The position numbers and the translations under genes were made by a program. A stretch of DNA of 64,000 nucleotides, taken from positions 96,001-160,000 of the forward strand of contig CAWDRG010000002.1 in assembly GCA_963804645.1 (NCBI GenBank), read 5' to 3'. Source of the stretch: an uncultured Bacillota bacterium (GTDB taxonomy: Bacteria > Sysuimicrobiota > Sysuimicrobiia > Sysuimicrobiales > Segetimicrobiaceae). The notes beneath the pieces are model-generated. The model saw only the letters and a program-made list of their open reading frames with translations. It was not told the DNA's origin and ran no database searches. Of this stretch, positions 36,294 through 46,450 are shown piece by piece. How positions within the stretch are numbered: the first letter of the stretch is position 1; each line of letters begins with the position of its first letter.

Positions 36294-36740
36294 GAGTTTT
36301 CTTTGAACACCCGGAATACCATCCACATTCCGACTATTACTAAAAGGTCGCCCGCTATGGAAAGCCAAATTGGCACATTCGACCAGCCAAAACGGCGATC
36401 AAGCGCGGGAACGATGAACGTGGCGATGGCCGGGATTCCCGCGCACAACACGATGATCTTTTGGATGGTCCGTTTCTCCGCCGCCGGCCCGTACCTAGTC
36501 CTGTTTTCAAGAAGGGTCGGGTTTTGTGTTGTGGAGAGCGTGAGAAGAACGCTTGATACGGCACCCACCCCGAGAAAGATCCACGCCTGCCAATAATCGA
36601 AAGTCCCCGCCGCAAGGAACAGCGCGAATCCCATAAGAACAAAAGTCACGACAAGCCCGCCCCACGTTTTTGCCTTGGGACTCTTCATGATCCAATAATC
36701 CTACACCACCTGCCATGTTGATACTATCCGAGATCTCCGT

Positions 36741-37913
36741 TTAGCCGACGCGATCCTCGAGCACGTCCCGGAGCACCGGGAGCCATCGCGCGCGCAGTTC
36801 CGGCGTGCTCAGGGCGAGGTGCCCCAGCGGGTGGTCGTACTCGTGGAGCTCGCTGTCGACCCCCGCGTCGCGCAGCGCCGCGTGCGCCTCGCGCGCGCCG
36901 ACGACCGGCACCAACAGATCGGACCGGCAGTGAAAGAACCGGACGCGCGCGCGGACGAGCCGGGCGGCCGCCTCGAGCGACCCGTGCCCGCGCGTCACGT
37001 CGTGCAGCGCGATTGCGCGGATGTTATAGAGGTACGCGTTCGGGTCGATCCCGCTGGCGGCGAACTCCTCGCCGCCCTGGCGCAGGGCCGCGGCACTCGC
37101 GAACCGGCCGTCGAGCACAGCGTAGGGGCTGCGCGCCGGGTCGGCCACCGCCCGGTTGAACGCGGCCGTGTACGCGTCCTGGCTCGTCGCGTACAGCCGA
37201 AGGATCATGCCCGCGATCGTCATGCCGGCGGTGGGAAACACCCCATCCTCCGCGTACCGGCCGCCCCGCCAGTTGGGGTCTGAGCGGATCGCCAGCGCCC
37301 GCGCCTCGGTGGTGGCCACCAGCAGATCGGGCGACCGGAAGTTGCCGCGGTCGATGACGATCCGGTCCGCGACGTCGGGGAGCGTCACGGCCCACTCCGC
37401 GGCCTGGAATCCACCCATCGAGACGCCGTACACCATCGCGAGGTGCCGGACCCCGAGGTGCCGGAGCAGGGCGTGGTCAGCGTGCACCATGTCGCGCAGC
37501 GTCGTGACGGGAAAGTCGAGCCCGTGCCGCGCTCCGGTGCGCGGGTCGATCTCATTGGGCCCGTCGGAGCCGTAGCTGCCGCACAGGCGGTTCGGGGCCA
37601 CGACGAAGTACCGGTCAGTGTCGAAGACCTTGCCCGGGCCGATCAGCGGGTCGAACGAGCCGGGTTCGGGATCGTCGGCGCGGTGCCGCCCCGCCGCGTG
37701 GGCGCTGCCGGTCGACCCGTGCAGCACGAGAATGGCGTTGCGGCCGTCCGGCGCCAGGCGGCCGTACGTCTCGAACGCGACGCGCAGGGACGGCAGGCGC
37801 GCCCCATTCTCGAACATCACCCCGTCCGTCGCCACCCGTGCGACTTGTGTCGTGACGATCCCGACGTTTGCGGCGTGCGGCACCTCGGATGTCCGCGGCC
37901 TCCACGAGGCCAT
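36741..37913 (-). CDS. Homoserine O-acetyltransferase-like (MetX-family) alpha/beta hydrolase
   Basis: FETYG, NAILVLHG, GPGK..DT..YFVV, GVSMGG nucleophile, RSDLL, LGHLA. Confidence 0.82.
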   Translation of the reverse strand: MASWRPRTSEVPHAANVGIVTTQVARVATDGVMFENGARLPSLRVAFETYGRLAPDGRNAILVLHGSTGSAHAAGRHRADDPEPGSFDPLIGPGKVFDTDRYFVVAPNRLCGSYGSDGPNEIDPRTGARHGLDFPVTTLRDMVHADHALLRHLGVRHLAMVYGVSMGGFQAAEWAVTLPDVADRIVIDRGNFRSPDLLVATTEARALAIRSDPNWRGGRYAEDGVFPTAGMTIAGMILRLYATSQDAYTAAFNRAVADPARSPYAVLDGRFASAAALRQGGEEFAASGIDPNAYLYNIRAIALHDVTRGHGSLEAAARLVRARVRFFHCRSDLLVPVVGAREAHAALRDAGVDSELHEYDHPLGHLALSTPELRARWLPVLRDVLEDRVG

Positions 37914-37933
37914 AGGTCACCTCCCGATCGAGT

Positions 37934-38830
37934 CTACAGCTGCATCTTGGGATCGAACGCGTCCCGGATCCCGTCCCCAACGAGATTGAACGCCAGCACC
38001 GCCAGCAGCACGAAGACGCCGGGAAACAGCGAGATCCACCACCCCGAGAGCAGATAGTCACGTCCGTCGGCGATGATGGTGCCCCACGATGGTGTCGGCG
38101 GCTGCACGCCCAGCCCCAAGTACGACAGGCTGGCTTCTGCGAGGATCGCCAATCCGACCCGCAGGGTGACGGAGATCACGACGACGGCCACGACGTTCGG
38201 CAGCAGGTGCCGGACCATGATGCGGAGGTTTGAGGCGCCGAGCGCCCGCGTCGCCACGACGAACTCGCGCTGCCGCAACCGCAGGAACTCCGCGCGCACG
38301 AGCCGCGCCGACGGCGGCCACGAGGTCGCCGCCAGCACCCCCACCAGCGCGGGGATGCTGGGCCCGAAGACGGCCAGCACCATGACCGCGATGAAGAACA
38401 CCGGAAACGCGAGCACGACGTCGGTCGCGCGCATGATCGCGACGTCCACCCACCCGCCGAAGAACCCCGAGAGCCCCCCGAGGAGCAGGCCGAATGCGAC
38501 CGCGGCGGACGCGGACACCACGCCGATCAGGAGCGATGTGCGCGACGCCCAGATGACCCGGCTCAGCACGTCGCGCCCGAGGTGGTCCGTCCCGAGGAGA
38601 TGCGCCGCGCTCGGCGCCGCGAGGCGGTTCAGGAAGTCGGCGTGATCCGGGGCCGCGGGCGCGACGAGCGGCGCCAGCACGGCCACCACGCCGAGGATAA
38701 GCAGGACGCCCGCCCCGACGACGCCCCGCGGATTTCGCGCCAGGCGGTCGAGGGGATGCGCGCGCCGCCGCGCGCGGGCCCGGGACGGACGCGCGGGATG
38801 GCGGGCGGCGGGTGCGGTGTCCGCGGTCAT
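37934..38830 (-). CDS. Peptide/nickel ABC permease (DppC/OppC-like)
   Basis: HLLGTDHLGRD, EAA-like loop, HLLPN, LSYLGLG, GDGIRDAFDP. Confidence 0.93.
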   Translation of the reverse strand: MTADTAPAARHPARPSRARARRRAHPLDRLARNPRGVVGAGVLLILGVVAVLAPLVAPAAPDHADFLNRLAAPSAAHLLGTDHLGRDVLSRVIWASRTSLLIGVVSASAAVAFGLLLGGLSGFFGGWVDVAIMRATDVVLAFPVFFIAVMVLAVFGPSIPALVGVLAATSWPPSARLVRAEFLRLRQREFVVATRALGASNLRIMVRHLLPNVVAVVVISVTLRVGLAILAEASLSYLGLGVQPPTPSWGTIIADGRDYLLSGWWISLFPGVFVLLAVLAFNLVGDGIRDAFDPKMQL

Positions 38831-38842
38831 CGTTGGGCGGGC

Positions 38843-39796
38843 TCAGTCAAACCGGATGCGCGGATCGAGCAGGGCGTACGACACATCGGTCGCCAGGTTG
38901 GTCAACAGGACGAGGATGGCGCCCACGACCGTGGTCGTCATGACCACGGGGTAGTCCCGCCCGAGCGCCCCGGCGACGGCCAGCCGCCCCAGGCCGGGGA
39001 TCGCGAAGATCGTCTCCACGACGAGCGCGCCGCTCAGGAGATTGGGGATCAGCAGCCCGACGACGGTCACGACGGGAATCATCGAGTTCCGGAAGACGTG
39101 CCGCCCGAGAATCCGTCCGGCCGTCAGCCCTTTCGCGCGCGCGACCAGCACGTGCTCCTCGTGCAGCGTCTCGAGCAGGGCCGAGCGCGCGTACCGGACC
39201 AGGAGCGGCAGGATTGAGAGGCAGAGCACGACCGTTGGCATCACGAGATACGGCCAGATCAGGCCCGGCGCGTACCCGGCCGCGCCGGCCGGGCGGAGCC
39301 CGCTGGCGGGGAGCCACGCGAGACGGTCGGTGAGCAGGAAGATGAGGACGAGCGCGACCCAGAAGCTCGGCAGCGCGATCCCGAACAGCGAGAGCGTCGT
39401 GACGGCGTGGTCCAGCGGCGTGTAGGGGCGCAGGGCCGAGACGAGCGCGATCGGGACGGACAGCGCGACGGCCAGGACCAGCGCGAGGCCGGCGAGGAGC
39501 CCGGTCGGGCCGAGCGCCTCGGCGGTCATCGCGAGGGTCGGACGGCGCTCCTGAAACGACCGCAGGCGCCCGGTCACGAGGTTGAGCATCATGACGCCGT
39601 ACTGGACCGGGAGCGGTCGGTTGAGTCCGAGTTGCGCGCGCAGCGCGCCGACGTCCGCGTTCGCCTGCTGTTCCGGGGCGATCAGGAGTGCCGCCGGATC
39701 GCCCGGCGCCGCCACCAGCACGGCGAACGTGAGCACCGTGACCCCGATGAGAATCGGGATCGCGTGCAGCAGGCGGCGACCGATGTACGACCCCAT
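38843..39796 (-). CDS. Peptide/nickel ABC permease (DppB/OppB-like)
   Basis: APGDPA, LGLNRP, ARAKG, VETIFAIPGLG, RDYP, LDPRI. Confidence 0.93.
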   Translation of the reverse strand: MGSYIGRRLLHAIPILIGVTVLTFAVLVAAPGDPAALLIAPEQQANADVGALRAQLGLNRPLPVQYGVMMLNLVTGRLRSFQERRPTLAMTAEALGPTGLLAGLALVLAVALSVPIALVSALRPYTPLDHAVTTLSLFGIALPSFWVALVLIFLLTDRLAWLPASGLRPAGAAGYAPGLIWPYLVMPTVVLCLSILPLLVRYARSALLETLHEEHVLVARAKGLTAGRILGRHVFRNSMIPVVTVVGLLIPNLLSGALVVETIFAIPGLGRLAVAGALGRDYPVVMTTTVVGAILVLLTNLATDVSYALLDPRIRFD

Positions 39797-39815
39797 CGCG
39801 GGGGTCCGCCCTGCC

Positions 39816-41546
39816 CTACGTCACCTTCCACTGGGAGACCGAGTCGTACAGCTGCGCGAGCTCGTGGACCGGGGGCATCGTGACGCGCCGGCGCACCGCC
39901 CACAGCTCGTCCGGCCGGAACAGGACCGCCCAGGCGACGTCGTTCTGCAGCACCTCCTGGAGGCGGAAGTAGATCGTCTTGAGCGCGCCCGCGTCGACGG
40001 CGCCGGCGGCCTGGCCGAGCAGCGCATCGACCTCCGGGTTCTGGTACTGCAGGCAGCGCGCCCACGACGACGTGCTGAGAAAGGCGCCCTCCAGTGACGC
40101 CTGCAGCGGCTCGATCGGCGGCAGTACGTAGAGCGACAGCCCGACCATCTCGATGTTCGCGGCGTTGGCGGGCTGCCAGTAGCGTCCGAAGAAATCGCCC
40201 CGCTCCAGCGGCTGCAGCGTGAGCGCGACCCCCACCTGCTGGAGGTACTGCTGCACGACGAGCGCGACGTCCTGGTATCGCTTCTCCGACAGGAAGTCGT
40301 AGCGCACCCGGAACGGGACGCCGTCTTTCTGCAAGACGCCGCCCGGGCCGGGCACGCACCCCGCCTCGCGCAAAAGTGTCTGGGCCTGGGTCGGGTTATA
40401 CGGGTAGCCTGGCAGCGACGTGTCGTACAGCGGGGAGCTCGGCGGGATGATGCTGTTGACGACGCGTCCGTAGCCCTTGGCGAGGGCGCGCACCATCGTG
40501 TCCCGGTCGACCGCCATCGCGAGCGCCTGACGCACCCGCACGTCCCTGAACAGCGGATGCTGGTGATTGAACGAAAACCAGTAGCAGTACTCCGCGGTCA
40601 TCTGGAGCGCGCGCACGCGGGGATCCTGCTGAAACGACGGGAAGTCGTCGGGCAGAATTGACGCGGCGTCGACGTTGCCCGCCCGCAGCTCCGCCTCGAG
40701 CGTGGACGGCTCCGGGATCCAGCGCACGACGGCGCGCTGGACCGTCGGGGCCCCGCGCCAGTAGCCGTCGAACGCCTCGAACGTCATGCTGTCGTTCTGC
40801 TTCCAGTCGGCGAGGCGATACGGCCCGGCCCCGATCGGCGCCCGCGCGTACGGCTGCTCCGTGATCCGGCTCATGTCGACGCCGGTCCACCCGTGCCGCG
40901 GCATGATGAAGTGATCGGATCCGAGGATGCTCTCCACAAAGAACGCGTAGTGTCGGTCGAGGGTGAACCGCACGGTTTTCGCATCGACGACCACGATGCC
41001 GCTGACGTCCTTGGTCTTCCCCTGCTTGTACGCCTGCGCGCCCTGGATCTGCAGCAGGTCCTCGTCGAGCAGCGGGTACTGCGGGTGCAGAAAGAACTCG
41101 TAGCTGAATTTCACGTCGTCCGCCGTCACCGGCTGGCCGTCTTGGAACCTGGCGCTTCGGAGCGACACGGTGTACGTCAGGCCGTCGCCGGACCGGACCC
41201 ACCGCTCGGCGAGCCTGGGGACGGGTTTTCCGGTGTTCCAATCCGGCCTGACGAGGACGTCGTGCACCAGCAGCAGCACGTAGAACGCGGTCACCTCGGT
41301 GGACCCGACGAGGCGTGTCGGCAAACCGAAGAGCGTCAGCACGACGGGACCGCCCGGCGTGGGCGCTGCGGCGGCGCCGAACGCCGCGGTGCCGAACCGA
41401 CGCGCCCATCCCTCCGCGAGCGACAGGGCGGCCGCGGTCGCCCCGGCCGCAAGGCCCGACCGCAGCAGGCGGCGCCGCGTCAGCGTGGGTCCGTGGGCGT
41501 TCGAGCCGATCGGGTCGACGGTCACCGCCGGGGTCTGTGTCTTCAT
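39816..41546 (-). CDS. Family 5 ABC substrate-binding protein (DppA/OppA-like) with Tat signal
   Basis: TRRRLL twin-arginine motif, LAERW, F.DG.PVTADDVKFS, PIGAGPY, VRQALAMAVDR. SD GGAGG precedes ATG 41546. Confidence 0.9.
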   Translation of the reverse strand: MKTQTPAVTVDPIGSNAHGPTLTRRRLLRSGLAAGATAAALSLAEGWARRFGTAAFGAAAAPTPGGPVVLTLFGLPTRLVGSTEVTAFYVLLLVHDVLVRPDWNTGKPVPRLAERWVRSGDGLTYTVSLRSARFQDGQPVTADDVKFSYEFFLHPQYPLLDEDLLQIQGAQAYKQGKTKDVSGIVVVDAKTVRFTLDRHYAFFVESILGSDHFIMPRHGWTGVDMSRITEQPYARAPIGAGPYRLADWKQNDSMTFEAFDGYWRGAPTVQRAVVRWIPEPSTLEAELRAGNVDAASILPDDFPSFQQDPRVRALQMTAEYCYWFSFNHQHPLFRDVRVRQALAMAVDRDTMVRALAKGYGRVVNSIIPPSSPLYDTSLPGYPYNPTQAQTLLREAGCVPGPGGVLQKDGVPFRVRYDFLSEKRYQDVALVVQQYLQQVGVALTLQPLERGDFFGRYWQPANAANIEMVGLSLYVLPPIEPLQASLEGAFLSTSSWARCLQYQNPEVDALLGQAAGAVDAGALKTIYFRLQEVLQNDVAWAVLFRPDELWAVRRRVTMPPVHELAQLYDSVSQWKVT

Positions 41547-41727
41547 CGCCTCCGCCTCCATCTGGTCTGTATCGTGTGCCTGGTTCGGCCCGCGGCGTCG
41601 AGACGTGCGGGCACCGCTCACGATCGTCGTGGGACCCCGCCCGCGTACGCTCGGTCGCGGGGGCGGGACGCTCCTCTTTGTGGTTGGAACGGCGGGTGAA
41701 ACGGGACGCGGAGGATGGGCCCCTCCG

Positions 41728-41781
41728 CTAGGGACAGATGCACTCTCGGGGACGCTGGGTGGATGAGCCTGCGGTGATCAT
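41728..41781 (-). other. Putative leader peptide MITAGSSTQRPRECICP
   Basis: 17-aa ORF starting about 4 nt after the predicted TSS; its stop overlaps hairpin 41708-41728. Confidence 0.3.
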
Positions 41782-41791
41782 CGTAGTCGCG

Positions 41792-41820
41792 ATTCTAGCA
41801 GACGGCGGCCGTGCGTACAA
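41792..41820 (-). promoter_or_regulatory. Sigma70-type promoter of the Dpp operon
   Basis: TTGTAC-N17-TAGAAT with TGn extension. Confidence 0.7.
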
Positions 41821-41930
41821 CGGTGAGACGGACCGGCGCCGGGGCGCGTCGAACCGGAGCGCTGAGATGACGACGCGACGGTGGAGTGGGCGTCACCTGC
41901 GGGCGTGCGGCGCGGCCGGCGGCGCAGGGC

Positions 41931-42437
41931 TTAGGGCGGTGTGTCCGTGCGCTCCGCCGCGGCCCGGATCGGGCCGGCGAGGCGGTCGAACGTCGCGGTG
42001 AGATCCTCGGGCAGCACCTTGGTCTCGCCGAGGACCGGCATGAAGTTGGTGTCGCCGACCCATCGGGGCACGACGTGCAGATGGAGATGGTCGTCGATGC
42101 CGGCGCCGGCCGCGCGGCCGAGGTTCATCCCGGCGTTGTAGCCCTCGGGCCGGTACACTTCGGTGGCCGCCTGCATCGCGGCCGTCATGAGGTGGAACAC
42201 CTCGAGGCGCTCCTCGTCCGTCAGCTGATCGGGACGCGCCACGTGGCGGTGCGGCACGATCATCAAGTGGCCCGAGTTGTAGGGGAAGGCGTTCAGGATG
42301 ACGTAGGCGCGGCGGCCCTGATACAGGATCCCGTGCTCGCGGTCGCGCCCCTCGCGCGGCAGCGTGCAGAAGATGCATCCCTCGGTCCGCGCCGCCTTAA
42401 TGTACTGCAACCTCCAGGGCGCCCACAGGTGCTTCAC
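41931..42437 (-). CDS. HIT-family hydrolase (Ap4A phosphorylase/FHIT-like)
   Basis: [30 protein letters not shown]. Confidence 0.92.
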   Translation of the reverse strand: MKHLWAPWRLQYIKAARTEGCIFCTLPREGRDREHGILYQGRRAYVILNAFPYNSGHLMIVPHRHVARPDQLTDEERLEVFHLMTAAMQAATEVYRPEGYNAGMNLGRAAGAGIDDHLHLHVVPRWVGDTNFMPVLGETKVLPEDLTATFDRLAGPIRAAAERTDTPP

Positions 42438-43156
42438 CCGGCCTGGCTGCGCCGGAGCTGCACGAGCGCCTCCTGCGCGGCCGCCTGCTCGGCCTCCTTC
42501 TTGCTGCGGCCCCGTCCCTCGCCCAGCACCCGCCCGCTCACCTCTACGACCGCGACGAACATCCGGCTGTGATCCGGACCTTCCTGGCCGGTGATGCGGT
42601 ACCGCGGCAGCCGCCGCTCGCGCTGCTGGACGAGTTCTTGTAATTGGCTCTTGTGGTCGCCCTCGCCGGGCTCCTCGAGCCGGGACAGGTCCTCCGCGAA
42701 CCAGCGCATCACGCAGTGATGCGCCACCCCATAGCCGGAATCGACGTACACCGCCCCGACCACCGCTTCCAGCACGTCGGCGAGCAGCGACGCGCGCGCC
42801 CGCCCGCCGCCTTTCTCTTCGCCGCGGCCGAGGACGAGGTACCGCCCGAGGTCGAGCTGGCGCGCGACGTGCGCGAGCGGGCCTTCGCTGACGACCGAGG
42901 CGCGCAGCCGGGCGAGGTCGCCTTCGAGGCGGGTCGGAAACACCCGGTACAGGTGGTCGCTGACCGCGAGGTTGAGGACGGCGTCGCCGAGGAACTCGAG
43001 GCGCTCATAGTTGTCGCCGTGTCGGCTCCGGGCCTCGGTACCGACCGAGCCGTGGACGAGGGCCGTGTGCAGGAGCGTGCGGTCGCGGAAGCGGATCTCG
43101 AGCCGGGTCTCCAACTCGACGAGTTGGGCCTCGCGCTCCGCCGACACCTCGGGCAC
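42434..43156 (-). CDS. rnc: Ribonuclease III
   Basis: [11 protein letters not shown] signature and C-terminal dsRBD (GPDH..F..G.G.SKKEAEQ). Confidence 0.95.
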   Translation of the reverse strand: MPEVSAEREAQLVELETRLEIRFRDRTLLHTALVHGSVGTEARSRHGDNYERLEFLGDAVLNLAVSDHLYRVFPTRLEGDLARLRASVVSEGPLAHVARQLDLGRYLVLGRGEEKGGGRARASLLADVLEAVVGAVYVDSGYGVAHHCVMRWFAEDLSRLEEPGEGDHKSQLQELVQQRERRLPRYRITGQEGPDHSRMFVAVVEVSGRVLGEGRGRSKKEAEQAAAQEALVQLRRSQAG

Positions 43157-43158
43157 GA

Positions 43159-44397
43159 TCAGGACGGCCTCCGCGCAACCAGGATGGCGTTGTGGCCGCC
43201 GAACCCGAACGCGTTCGACATGGCGACGTCGATCTTCGCGGCCCGCGGGACGTTGGGGACGTAGTCCAGGTCGCAGGCGGGGTCCGGGACCTCGTAGTTG
43301 ATCGTTGGCGGGATCGTCCCCCGCTCGATCGCGAGCGCGCACGTGATCAGCTCGACGCCGCCCGCGGCCCCGAGCAGGTGCGCCGTCATCGACTTGGTCG
43401 AGCTCACCGGGATCCGCGGCGCCCATGACCCGAAGGCGCGCTTGATCGCCAGCGTCTCGAACTTGTCGTTGTACGGGGTGCTCGTCCCGTGCGCGTTGAT
43501 GTAGCCGACCTCGGCCGGCTCGATGCCGGCGTCCCGCAGCGCCATGTCGATGGCGACCACGGCGCCGTCACCCTCCGGATCCGGCATCGTGATGTGAAAC
43601 GCGTCGGCGCTCATCCCGTAGCCCGCGAGCTCCGCGTAAATTCGGGCGCCGCGGCGCTCGGCGTGCTCCCAAGCCTCGAGCACCACGACGCCGGCGCCCT
43701 CGCCCATCACGAACCCGTCGCGCCCGAGGTCGAACGGCCGCGAGGCGCGCGCCGGCGCGTCGTTGCGCAGGCTGAGCGCCTTCATGTTGCAGAATCCGGC
43801 GAGGCTGAGCGGCGTGATCGCCGCCTCCGACCCGCCGCAGATCATCGCGTCGGCGTCGCCGTGCTGGATGATCCGGGCCGCCTCGCCGACCGCGTGCCCG
43901 CCGGTCGCGCACGCGGACACCACGGAAAAATTCGGTCCGCGGGCGCCGACTTGGATGCTGACGATGCCCGACGCCATGTCGACGATCATCATCGGGGCGA
44001 AGAACGGGCTCACGCGGCTGGGCCCCCGCGTGCGGAGGATGTCGTACTGCTCTTCCCACGTGTGGGCGCCGCCGATCCCGGACCCGATCACGACCCCGAC
44101 CCGGTTCCGGTTCTGCGGGGTAATCGCGAGCTGCGTGTCCTCGAGCGCGAGGCGCGCCGCGGCGACCGCGAGATGCACGAACCGGTCGTTCCGCCGCACT
44201 TCCTTCTTGTCCAGGTACGCCGTCGCGTCGAAGTCCGTGCACTCGGCGCCGATCTTGCAGTCGTAGTCGGTCACGTCAAACGACGAGATCCGGGCCACGC
44301 CGCTTCGGCCCTCCATCAGCGCGTTCCAAAACGGATCCTTGCCGATGCCGATGGGGCTGACCACACCCACACCGGTGATCGCTACGCGTCGCCGCAT
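43159..44397 (-). CDS. fabF: Beta-ketoacyl-ACP synthase II
   Basis: [31 protein letters not shown]. Confidence 0.96.
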   Translation of the reverse strand: MRRRVAITGVGVVSPIGIGKDPFWNALMEGRSGVARISSFDVTDYDCKIGAECTDFDATAYLDKKEVRRNDRFVHLAVAAARLALEDTQLAITPQNRNRVGVVIGSGIGGAHTWEEQYDILRTRGPSRVSPFFAPMMIVDMASGIVSIQVGARGPNFSVVSACATGGHAVGEAARIIQHGDADAMICGGSEAAITPLSLAGFCNMKALSLRNDAPARASRPFDLGRDGFVMGEGAGVVVLEAWEHAERRGARIYAELAGYGMSADAFHITMPDPEGDGAVVAIDMALRDAGIEPAEVGYINAHGTSTPYNDKFETLAIKRAFGSWAPRIPVSSTKSMTAHLLGAAGGVELITCALAIERGTIPPTINYEVPDPACDLDYVPNVPRAAKIDVAMSNAFGFGGHNAILVARRPS

Positions 44398-44445
44398 CGC
44401 TGCTCCATCACTGAGGCGTCTCGCGGCGCGCCGCGCCGCGGGGAC

Positions 44446-44694
44446 CTACGTGGCGGGAGCCTCGGCGTGGCTTTCGATGTAGCTAACCGCTTCGCCGACG
44501 GTCGCGATCTTCTCCGCGTCCTCGTCGGGGATCTCCAGATCGAACTCTTCCTCGAGCGCCATCACGAGTTCGACGACGTCGAGCGAGTCCGCCCCAAGGT
44601 CCTCGACGAACTTCGACTGCGGCGTCACCGCGCTGGCCTCGACGCCCAACTGCTCCACCACGATCGCCTTCACTCGATCGAACACCGGTGCCAT
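44446..44694 (-). CDS. acpP: Acyl carrier protein
   Basis: [20 protein letters not shown]. Confidence 0.97.
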   Translation of the reverse strand: MAPVFDRVKAIVVEQLGVEASAVTPQSKFVEDLGADSLDVVELVMALEEEFDLEIPDEDAEKIATVGEAVSYIESHAEAPAT

Positions 44695-44770
44695 CCGCGA
44701 CCACCTCCGTAGTCTTCCGTCCCGCGGGGCGCGCCGCGCCCCGCGGGGGGGTCCCCCCGCGCCGGCGCCG

Positions 44771-45517
44771 CTACCGCATCACGGTTCCGCCGTCGACGTT
44801 CAACACCTGCCCCGTAATGTACGACGCCTCGTCCGATGCCAGAAACGCCACCGCGGCGGCGATCTCCTCCGGCCGCCCGGTCCGGCCCATCGCGCAGTTC
44901 CTGAGCACGCGGGTGCGCTGCTCCTCGGTCATCCCCGCGGTCAGCCCGGTTTCGATGTACCCGGGCGCGACGGCGTTGACGGTGATGCCGCGCCCCGCGA
45001 CCTCCCACGCCACCGCCTTGGTGAACCCGATCACCCCGGCCTTTGCCGCGATGTAGTTCGCCTGCCCGGGGTTTCCTACCTCTGCGACGATCGACGTGAT
45101 GTTGATGATCCGGCCGCGGCGCTGCCGCACCATCTCGCGCAGCACGGCGCGCGTGCAGTAAAAGGTGCCGTGCAGGTTGATCGCGACGATCTCGTGCCAG
45201 TCCTCGTCCTTCATCCGGAGCGCGAGCCCGTCCTTGGTCAGGCCGGCGTTGTTAACCAGCACGTCCAGCCGGCCCCGCCACTCCAGCGCCTCGGCGCACA
45301 TCGCCCGGCAGGACTCGGAGGATTCGATCTCGGCCTGCACCATGTGGCCCTCGGATCCGGCCGCTTCGATCTGCCGCAGCGTCTCCTCCACCCCGGGCAC
45401 GTTGCGGTGGTAGTGGGCGACCACCGCGGCGCCGTCCCGGGCGAGCCGGACGGCGATCGCGCGGCCGATGCCGCTCGAGGCGCCGGTCACCAGCGCCACA
45501 CGGGCGTCGGCGCTCAT
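44771..45517 (-). CDS. fabG: 3-oxoacyl-ACP reductase
   Basis: [24 protein letters not shown]; position in the fab cluster. Confidence 0.94.
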   Translation of the reverse strand: MSADARVALVTGASSGIGRAIAVRLARDGAAVVAHYHRNVPGVEETLRQIEAAGSEGHMVQAEIESSESCRAMCAEALEWRGRLDVLVNNAGLTKDGLALRMKDEDWHEIVAINLHGTFYCTRAVLREMVRQRRGRIINITSIVAEVGNPGQANYIAAKAGVIGFTKAVAWEVAGRGITVNAVAPGYIETGLTAGMTEEQRTRVLRNCAMGRTGRPEEIAAAVAFLASDEASYITGQVLNVDGGTVMR

Positions 45518-46446
45518 CCGACGGCCTCCGCCGCGAGCGCGGCCGCGGTGGCATCGCGCGACTCGAGGTCCTCGACGTGGTACACGTCCGCGTCGACCGT
45601 CCGGCGGATCATGCCGCCGAGCGTCCGGCCCGGTCCCATCTCGACGAACCGGCGCACCCCGGCGGCGTACATCGCCCGCACGGACTGCTCCCACAGCACC
45701 GGCGAGGCCACCTGCGCGAGGAGGGACGCCCGGATGTCTTCCGGCGATTGGACCGGGAGGGCGGACGCGTTCGCAAACACGGGGATGCGTGCCCGGCGGA
45801 CCGGCAGCGCGGCCAGGGCCGGCGCGAGCCGATCGGCCGCCGGGCGCATCAGGCGTGTATGAAACGGCGCGCTCACGTCGAGCGACAGCGCCCGGCGCGC
45901 GCCCAGCCCGCGCGCCGTCTCGAGCGCCGCGCGCACCGCGGGCACCTCGCCGCCGATTACGACCTGTCCCGGACTGTTGAAGTTCGACGGCTCCACGACG
46001 CCCAGGTGCGCGTGCGGCGCGCACGCCTCGGCGACCTGCTCAAACGTCAGCCCCATCACGACCGCCATCATAGTCTCGCGCCCCGCGCACGCCTCCTGCA
46101 TGTACATCCCCCGCAGCCGAACCAGCCGCACGGCGTCCTCGAGGTCGATCGCCCCCGCGCACACACACGCGGAGTACTCTCCAAGGCTCAACCCGGCGGC
46201 GCACGCCGGTTCAAACGGAATCGCAGCCAGACACGCGAGGCTCGTGACGAGGATCGCCGGTTGGGTATTCGCGGTCGCGCGAAGGGCTTCCTTCGGTCCG
46301 TCGCTGCAGAGGGCCAGCAGGTCGATGCCGAGCGCCGCGCTCGCCCGGGTGAAGACGTCCCGCGAGGCGGCGCAGTGGTCCGCGAGTTCCCGTCCCATGC
46401 CGACGTACTGGGCCCCTTGACCGGGAAAGACCGCGGCGGTGCGCAC
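45514..46446 (-). CDS. fabD: Malonyl-CoA:ACP transacylase
   Basis: [24 protein letters not shown]. Confidence 0.95.
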   Translation of the reverse strand: MRTAAVFPGQGAQYVGMGRELADHCAASRDVFTRASAALGIDLLALCSDGPKEALRATANTQPAILVTSLACLAAIPFEPACAAGLSLGEYSACVCAGAIDLEDAVRLVRLRGMYMQEACAGRETMMAVVMGLTFEQVAEACAPHAHLGVVEPSNFNSPGQVVIGGEVPAVRAALETARGLGARRALSLDVSAPFHTRLMRPAADRLAPALAALPVRRARIPVFANASALPVQSPEDIRASLLAQVASPVLWEQSVRAMYAAGVRRFVEMGPGRTLGGMIRRTVDADVYHVEDLESRDATAAALAAEAVG

Positions 46447-46450
46447 CGAC

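Larger units (their letters stand above)
34546..36688 (-). pseudogene. Isoprenylcysteine carboxyl methyltransferase (ICMT/PEMT-like) gene disrupted by ISL3
   Basis: The 5' part 36688-36294 (..VFKENS) and 3' part 34825-34546 (FGSATVE..STGPYAIVRNPMY..EEEFL..Y.EY) join in frame to 224 aa. Confidence 0.9.

Noticed and set aside
41547..41790. SAM or T-box riboswitch upstream of the Dpp/MetX-like operon
   Set aside because: No S-box core (AUC.AGAG...GCAACC) or T-box GGUGG.ACC sequence was found by eye.
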